Source: an uncultured Candidatus Saccharibacteria bacterium (lineage in GTDB: Bacteria > Patescibacteriota > Minisyncoccia > Phycocordibacterales > JAKAEA01). Taken from it: a stretch of DNA of 64,000 nt. Within the stretch, counting starts at the first letter, position 1, and each line of letters opens with the position of its first letter. Below the pieces are notes generated by a model. The model saw only the letters and a list, made by a program, of their open reading frames with translations, was not told the origin of the DNA and searched no databases. The translations under genes and the position numbers were made by a program. Shown here piece after piece: positions 58,342 through 64,000 of this stretch. Where the stretch lies: contig CAYXSG010000001.1 in NCBI GenBank assembly GCA_964467325.1, forward strand, positions 8,953 to 72,952, in the 5' to 3' direction.

Positions 58342-59991
58342 ATGACTCAAAAGCAAGCGCTGGAGATTTTGAAGATGGGGAAAAATGTGTTTGTGACCGG
58401 CGCGGCGGGCAGCGGCAAGACACATCTGATCAATCAGTACATAAAATATTTGCGGGAGTTTGACGTGGACATCGGCGTGACGGCGTCCACAGGAATTGCG
58501 GCGACGCACATGGGCGGCGTGACGATTCATTCGTGGAGCGGCATGGGCGTGAAGGCCGATTTGTCGGCGTACGACTTGGAAGCGTTGGAAGAAAAATCTT
58601 ATTTATGGAAAAGGTTTGAGCGCGTGAAGGTTTTGATTATTGATGAAGTTTCCATGCTTCATCATTTCCGGTTGGATTTGGTGGACAAAATTTTGCGGAC
58701 GATGAAACGCAATGACGAGCCGTTTGGCGGGATTCAAGTCGTGCTTTGCGGCGACTTTTTCCAACTGCCGCCGGTCGCGCGCGCTGACGAGCCGGAAGCT
58801 AAGTTTGTGTACCGAGCAAAAGCGTGGCGCGAAGCCGGTTTTACAATTTGCTATTTGACGGAGCAGTTTCGCCAGAAAGACGATGCATGCCTTTCCATTT
58901 TAAACGAAATCCGGAGCGGCGAAGTGTCGGACGAAGCGCGTGAGAGTTTGAAAGAAAGATTTAATAAAAAAACTTTGAAGAATGTGGAGCCGACGCGGCT
59001 TTTTACGCACAACGTGGATGTGGATTCGGTGAACTCAAACGAGCTTGGTAAAGTGGAAGCTGAAGAAGCGAGCTACCAAATGGAATCGCGCGGGCGAGAA
59101 ATTTTGGTGGAAGCGCTGAAAAAATCCTGTCTCGCGCCGGAAACTTTGCGTTTGAAAAAAGGTGCTCGTGTGATGTGCGTGAAAAATCATCCGGAGGGCA
59201 TGTATGTGAACGGCACGCTCGGCATTGTCGTTTCCTGTGGCTTCGGCCGAGAATTGATTATTCAAAACGCCGCCGGCCGAAACATCACGATTGAAAAAGC
59301 GTCATGGAAAATTGAGGAAGATGGGAAAGTCAAAGCCGAAATTATTCAATACCCATTACGCTTGGCTTGGGCGATTACGGTGCATAAAAGTCAGGGTATG
59401 AGTTTGGACGCCGTCGAAGTGGATTTGTCCAAGTCATTTGAACCTGGGATGGGTTACGTGGCGCTTTCGCGCGTGCGGACTTTGGACGGTCTCACAATTC
59501 TTGGTATAAACGAAATGGCGCTTGCGGTGCATCCGGAAGTTTTGGAATTTGACGGCGATTTGCGCGCCGCTTCAAAAAAAGCGGAAGGCAATTTGGCTGC
59601 GCTTGAGACAAGAGAGATTGCCGAACAGCAGAAAAAATTCTTGGCGCGCATTCGGCCGCTCGTCAAAGAAAAGAAAATTTCCACTTATGAAAAAACCGCC
59701 ATACTCATTCGCGAACGCAAATCGCTTTCGCAAATGGCTAAAGTGCGGGAAGTGAACACTGAGACGATTCTAAGTCACATTGAAAAAATGCTGGAAGAAG
59801 GCATTTCTTTGGATATTGCCTACTTGCGTCACGATATTTCACCAGCGCATTTTAAAAAAATAGAAGAAGTAATGAAAGACATTCACAAAAAAACCGGCGA
59901 AGTTAAACTTTCGCCGGTGAAATACAAACTCGGCCCAAGCATTTCTTTTGCGGAAATCCGGTTGGTGAGATTGCTTTTAAATTTGAGCTAG
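58342..59991 (+). CDS. Pif1/RecD-like SF1 ATP-dependent DNA helicase
   Basis: Walker A GAAGSGKT, IIDEVSM, GDFFQLPPV, C-terminal VHKSQG motif. Confidence 0.75.
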   Translation: MTQKQALEILKMGKNVFVTGAAGSGKTHLINQYIKYLREFDVDIGVTASTGIAATHMGGVTIHSWSGMGVKADLSAYDLEALEEKSYLWKRFERVKVLIIDEVSMLHHFRLDLVDKILRTMKRNDEPFGGIQVVLCGDFFQLPPVARADEPEAKFVYRAKAWREAGFTICYLTEQFRQKDDACLSILNEIRSGEVSDEARESLKERFNKKTLKNVEPTRLFTHNVDVDSVNSNELGKVEAEEASYQMESRGREILVEALKKSCLAPETLRLKKGARVMCVKNHPEGMYVNGTLGIVVSCGFGRELIIQNAAGRNITIEKASWKIEEDGKVKAEIIQYPLRLAWAITVHKSQGMSLDAVEVDLSKSFEPGMGYVALSRVRTLDGLTILGINEMALAVHPEVLEFDGDLRAASKKAEGNLAALETREIAEQQKKFLARIRPLVKEKKISTYEKTAILIRERKSLSQMAKVREVNTETILSHIEKMLEEGISLDIAYLRHDISPAHFKKIEEVMKDIHKKTGEVKLSPVKYKLGPSISFAEIRLVRLLLNLS

Positions 59992-60710
59992 AAAGAAGTT
60001 GCGTTCAGGATGGGGAAGTAGACGTTTGCGCTGTTGTTGGCCTTTGAATTTTCGGAAATCGTGTTTGAGGGATTCGCGGTGATGGTGCCCACGTGATTTT
60101 GAGTGTTTGTTGGGTTGCGAAAACCGAGGGTGAATTCAATCCTGTCGCCCGGTCGGAGATTTTGCTGAAGCGGAGAATTGTAGAAAGAATCCGTAACGGA
60201 AGGCAAGTTCGCGGAAAATCCCCAAGCGCCTGTGTCGTTCGTGCCGACGTTTCCAATTTGGAATTTCACGGCTGCTTGCTGGTTGGAATAAATGGTATCT
60301 GAAGGAATGAAAATATTATTTTCGTTGAGAAAACCGGTGGCGATGATGCGCACTTCAAGATCAGGCAAGCCATAAGGATTTGAAACGACCGGCGCTATCG
60401 GTTTTGGTTTTGACACAACTGGTGCTGGAGCTGGCTCCACAACCGGCTCTGGATTTGACGCAATAGTTTCTGTGCTAGTTGGCGCTTGAATGAAAATGTC
60501 GGTGCTGGAGCTGGTTGGCGTAGTTTCGATAAGATTGGTTAATTCTCGAGGAATGAAAACCGATGAGATGGTACTCGAAAGCAGGGAAAGCGTTTGCGGC
60601 ACCACTTTGACTGGCAAAATGATGCAAATTATGAGCAGGACGACAAGCCCAATGAGCGTCAGCACTTTCGCCCAAGTTGGCACATCTTGCGGTTCGTTCG
60701 GTTTTTCCAT
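59988..60710 (-). CDS. membrane-anchored S/T/P-rich surface protein (hypothetical)
   Basis: Start MEKPNEPQD; TM anchor then P/T-rich linker and beta-rich domain. Confidence 0.45.
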   Translation of the reverse strand: MEKPNEPQDVPTWAKVLTLIGLVVLLIICIILPVKVVPQTLSLLSSTISSVFIPRELTNLIETTPTSSSTDIFIQAPTSTETIASNPEPVVEPAPAPVVSKPKPIAPVVSNPYGLPDLEVRIIATGFLNENNIFIPSDTIYSNQQAAVKFQIGNVGTNDTGAWGFSANLPSVTDSFYNSPLQQNLRPGDRIEFTLGFRNPTNTQNHVGTITANPSNTISENSKANNSANVYFPILNATSF

Positions 60711-60785
60711 TTGCACAATGATACAACATCCAATTATTAAAGTCAATTTGACTTATTATCCATTAAGTGATATAAGTGTTGCTTC

Positions 60786-61427
60786 ATGGCATTTTTAGAC
60801 ATCGTTTGGAAATACAAATATTTGCTGGCTTTTTACACGGTGGTGATTTCCTTTGGTTCTTTTACCGCACTTTACCTTGTTGGCTTGGTACCGAGCGAGC
60901 TAAAAATGGCAGACGCACCGGCCTACACCATGCTGGCCGCGCCGGCCGAGGTTTTGCCAGTAAATAATAAAGCATCAAAAACTGTAATTGGTCAATTGCC
61001 AAAACGCGTGATAATTTCTAAAATCGGCGTAGATTCTTATGTCAGTAATCCAACTTCGACTGACACGTCTATTTTGAACGAAGCTCTTTTATCGGGCGCA
61101 GTTCGCTATCCCGGCTCCGGCACGCTTGGCCACGGCAATATGTTTCTCTTCGGCCACAGCACCGGCATTCGCATCGTCAACAATCAAGCATACAAGGCGT
61201 TCAATCATCTCAATCAGATGGCGCTTGGCGACACGATTAGCGTGCAATCGTCAGACACGGAATACACCTATTCGGTCACTTCCGTGGCTTTGATTGATAG
61301 CGATGAAAAGCTAGTGGATTTTTCAAAAAATAAAGACATGCTGACGCTTTCTACCTGTGATGTCTTCGGCGAAAAGCAGGAGCGGTATGTCGTTGAAGCC
61401 AAGTTTATAAGTTCTAGAAAACTATAA
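60786..61427 (+). CDS. srt: sortase family transpeptidase
   Basis: N-terminal TM; catalytic His (LFGHSTG), TLSTC (TLxTC) Cys motif, conserved Arg (RYVVEAKF). Confidence 0.75.
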   Translation: MAFLDIVWKYKYLLAFYTVVISFGSFTALYLVGLVPSELKMADAPAYTMLAAPAEVLPVNNKASKTVIGQLPKRVIISKIGVDSYVSNPTSTDTSILNEALLSGAVRYPGSGTLGHGNMFLFGHSTGIRIVNNQAYKAFNHLNQMALGDTISVQSSDTEYTYSVTSVALIDSDEKLVDFSKNKDMLTLSTCDVFGEKQERYVVEAKFISSRKL

Positions 61428-61431
61428 AACC

Positions 61432-64000
61432 ATGACTAAAGTAAAAATATTTTTCATTTTCTTGACGATGATCGTGATTTCCAGCGCTTGGTTTGGCGCT
61501 TCTTTTGTGAACGCTTCGGGCAATGGCACGCTCACAGTTTGTCTCATGTTCACTGATCACGACAACGACATCGTTCACAGTTTCAATAATTCCAATGTGC
61601 CGAATACCAGTTTTAATGTGCCGATTACGGTTCATAACTCCGACGGCACGGTTAAAGTCATTAAAAATGTTTCGGTCAGCACGGCAGATTTTACGCCGAA
61701 CACACGGATTGTTGGCTTGTCGAACGATGCGCAATGCACCACTTACACTTTGCCGATTAGCGATTATTATTACCGCCGCGAAACAATTTCTGGCACGGGT
61801 GCGGACAAATGGGCGCTCGCTACTTACAACGACGAATACAACAGCCGAGTAAAAACCCTAAATGATTTCTACGATTTGGGTACGACCGATGTTGCTGACC
61901 ACACCATTGTGCTTCATGACGATCGGCCGGACCGCCGGCTGGTGGTGCTCAACCGGTTTAACGATTCTTTTGAAATCATTCCGCCACTTACGGCATCTTG
62001 CAGCGCATTGCCCGCCACAGTTTTTCCAAGCAATCCAGTTACTTGGAAAGCTAATGCTGCCGGCGGTGTTGGTGTGTATACATATTCTTGGATTGGCGCT
62101 TTTAGTTCCACTGCTTCCACAACGGTGACTTCTTTTAGCACAACAGGAGTCAAAAATGCCACGGTTAAAGTTACTTCCGGCACGATGACGGCAACGGCCA
62201 ATTGTAATGTTTCCGTGGTCGCTAGACCGGTTTCAACTGGTACTTTGGTTCTAGACAAAACTGTCTTCAATTCTCACGGCGGTACCAAACAACCATCAGA
62301 CTTTTCTTTCTTCATCGGCAACATCCAAGTACCCCTCGGCCAAGCCAACACTTTAACTCCAGGCACTTACACGGTTCATGAAAATAATTTGCCGGGCTAT
62401 GTTGCTGACGGTTGGACAGGTGATTGCACGGCTGATGGTCACGTGACCATTGCGGCTGGCGATGCAAAACACTGCTCGATTATTAACCGAGACGTGGCGC
62501 CGACCGTGACCACGGGCACGGTGACGCTTACGAAATTTGTAATTAATGACAATGGCGGTACCAAACAGCCTTCCGATTTCAGACTTTATGTTGGCACCAC
62601 TTCGGTAACGAGTGGCGTTTCCACAACGTTCTCTGCGGGCACTTACTCGGTTCACGAAGACAATCTATCCGGCTACACGGCTGGCACTTGGATGGGCGAT
62701 TGTACTACAGACGGTCATGTCACAATTGTTGCGGGCCAAAATAAAAATTGTTCAATAACTAACAACGACATTCGTCAAAATCCTCCGCCTCCGCCACCAC
62801 TATCCACCGGCACTCTCACTCTAGACAAAACTGTCTTCAATTCTCACGGCGGTACCAAACAACCATCAGACTTTTCTTTCTTCATCGGCAACATCCAAGT
62901 ACCCCTCGGCCAAGCCAACACTTTAACTCCAGGCACTTACACGGTTCATGAAAATAATTTGCCGGGCTATGTTGCTGACGGTTGGACAGGCGACTGTGCG
63001 GCTGATGGTCACGTGACCATTGCGGCTGGCGATGCGAAACATTGTTCGATTATTAACCGAGATGTGGAGCAAATTCTGCCACCGCCACCAACACCGCCAT
63101 TTTCCATTTCCTGCGCGGTGTTGAACAACCCAACATCGGTTGACCAAAATACTGTTGTGGCTTGGCAGGTTACGTTTGCTTTCCCAACTAGCAATTCCGA
63201 GGCGTATGTCTACAATGCCACGTATGATTGGTCTGGCACGGACGGTCTGACTGGTACAAATCAAACCGTTACCAAATTATATTCCACCCCAGGCACAAAA
63301 AATGCCAGTGTTATAGTTACGTCGCACAATTCTTCCGGCACGGGATACTACACCACTAGCGCCAGCTGTTCCATTCCGGTTAATCCTCCGCCACCACTGC
63401 CGCTTGGCTGCATCGCCATTCATAAAAGTGCTCTTGATTCCAATGGCGTTGCAATTACGCCAGTGCCAACTTTCGGTTTCAAAGTGGACAATGGCGCGGA
63501 ACTTTTCAACGATAACTCTGGCTTGGCCACCGTCTCTGGCTTAAGTGTCGGCACTCACACTGTGACTGAAACTACGAAAGACGGTTGGACCAATACCAAC
63601 ACTACGCCAACCAACGGCTCGGTCTCGGTAGTTGCAGGCAATCAGTGCGCAGATGTTACTTTTGAAAATAAACAAAATGCGCCGGCTGTGGTTCCGGATA
63701 TAATTGCTTCGTGTTCAGCCAATCCTTCCACTGCCAACATCGGCGACACAGTTACGTATTCGGCGAGTGCTTCCGGTGGCAATGGTTCATTCACCTACGC
63801 TTGGAGCGGCGATGAAAATTTGTCCGGTTCAAATAGTTCGGCCAGCGCCTCCTACACAACTGCCGGCACGAAAAGTGCTACCGTGATTGTGTCTTCAGGC
63901 GGCAAAACGGCCACGGCCAATTGTTCTGCTTCAATTGTTGAAGCCACGCCAACCTTAAATGGTTCATGTGCAGCCAATCCATCGGCAGTTAACACGGGCG
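61432..64000 (+). CDS. very large repetitive secreted surface protein (PKD-like and prealbumin/Cna-B-like repeats), 5' partial, runs off the window
   Basis: Uninterrupted frame from ATG 61432 to the window end (over 855 codons); signal peptide; repeated domains with poly-Pro linkers; immediately downstream of the sortase. Confidence 0.7.
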   Translation, partial: MTKVKIFFIFLTMIVISSAWFGASFVNASGNGTLTVCLMFTDHDNDIVHSFNNSNVPNTSFNVPITVHNSDGTVKVIKNVSVSTADFTPNTRIVGLSNDAQCTTYTLPISDYYYRRETISGTGADKWALATYNDEYNSRVKTLNDFYDLGTTDVADHTIVLHDDRPDRRLVVLNRFNDSFEIIPPLTASCSALPATVFPSNPVTWKANAAGGVGVYTYSWIGAFSSTASTTVTSFSTTGVKNATVKVTSGTMTATANCNVSVVARPVSTGTLVLDKTVFNSHGGTKQPSDFSFFIGNIQVPLGQANTLTPGTYTVHENNLPGYVADGWTGDCTADGHVTIAAGDAKHCSIINRDVAPTVTTGTVTLTKFVINDNGGTKQPSDFRLYVGTTSVTSGVSTTFSAGTYSVHEDNLSGYTAGTWMGDCTTDGHVTIVAGQNKNCSITNNDIRQNPPPPPPLSTGTLTLDKTVFNSHGGTKQPSDFSFFIGNIQVPLGQANTLTPGTYTVHENNLPGYVADGWTGDCAADGHVTIAAGDAKHCSIINRDVEQILPPPPTPPFSISCAVLNNPTSVDQNTVVAWQVTFAFPTSNSEAYVYNATYDWSGTDGLTGTNQTVTKLYSTPGTKNASVIVTSHNSSGTGYYTTSASCSIPVNPPPPLPLGCIAIHKSALDSNGVAITPVPTFGFKVDNGAELFNDNSGLATVSGLSVGTHTVTETTKDGWTNTNTTPTNGSVSVVAGNQCADVTFENKQNAPAVVPDIIASCSANPSTANIGDTVTYSASASGGNGSFTYAWSGDENLSGSNSSASASYTTAGTKSATVIVSSGGKTATANCSASIVEATPTLNGSCAANPSAVNTG
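62251..62497 (+). repeat. intragenic direct repeat, copy 1 (170 bp perfect, about 247 bp at roughly 95%)
   Basis: 62251-62420 identical to 62821-62990. Confidence 0.8.
62821..63067 (+). repeat. intragenic direct repeat, copy 2
   Basis: 570-bp period, encodes a duplicated Cna-B-like domain. Confidence 0.8.

Noticed and set aside
58207-58530. 107-aa minus-strand ORF spanning the hairpin region and the helicase 5' end
   Set aside because: It overlaps the helicase start and the palindromic hairpins, and has Arg-rich composition typical of antisense translation.
1-64000. CRISPR arrays, rRNA genes, transposases/integrases
   Set aside because: No regularly spaced short repeats, no rRNA-like conserved segments, and no DDE/tyrosine-recombinase-like ORFs were found.

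Overview
This 64 kb window comes from a roughly 48-50% GC bacterial genome, compactly organised with many small membrane or secreted hypothetical proteins. The gene content suggests a reduced-genome, Patescibacteria/CPR-like lineage, though this is inference and two PEP-CTERM proteins argue for caution. The gene content includes short PheS, split transketolase, class II aldolase, an NrdJ-type ribonucleotide reductase and near-leaderless promoters. Housekeeping genes present: class II (B12-dependent) ribonucleotide reductase with ATP-cone, RNase J, SecG, groES-groEL, LemA, HtpX, tRNA-Ser(GGA), tRNA-Thr(UGU), GAPDH, RpiB, Rpe, split transketolase (N and C halves), PfkB kinase, class II FBA, L25, L31, RF1, S2, EF-Ts, PheS/PheT, GyrB and a Pif1-like helicase. 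Accessory content: HicB-HicA and DinJ-YafQ toxin-antitoxin pairs, an orphan OmpR-type response regulator, two PEP-CTERM-tagged secreted proteins, a sortase followed by a very large repetitive surface protein that runs off the window, and a glycosylation cluster (PIG-L deacetylase, GT-C, GT2). Most notable are several sharply AT-rich (about 30% GC) insertions into otherwise conserved operons. A radical-SAM plus CYTH/TTM two-gene cassette sits between rpiB and rpe. A NYN-domain nuclease gene sits between the two transketolase halves, flanked by a perfect 19-bp direct repeat of the tktN 3' end. Other AT-rich genes follow gyrB, follow gap and lie in a TA islet. A hairpin-dense 250-nt intergenic region upstream of the helicase is a candidate structured ncRNA or operator array. 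No CRISPR array, rRNA, transposase or integrase gene was seen.
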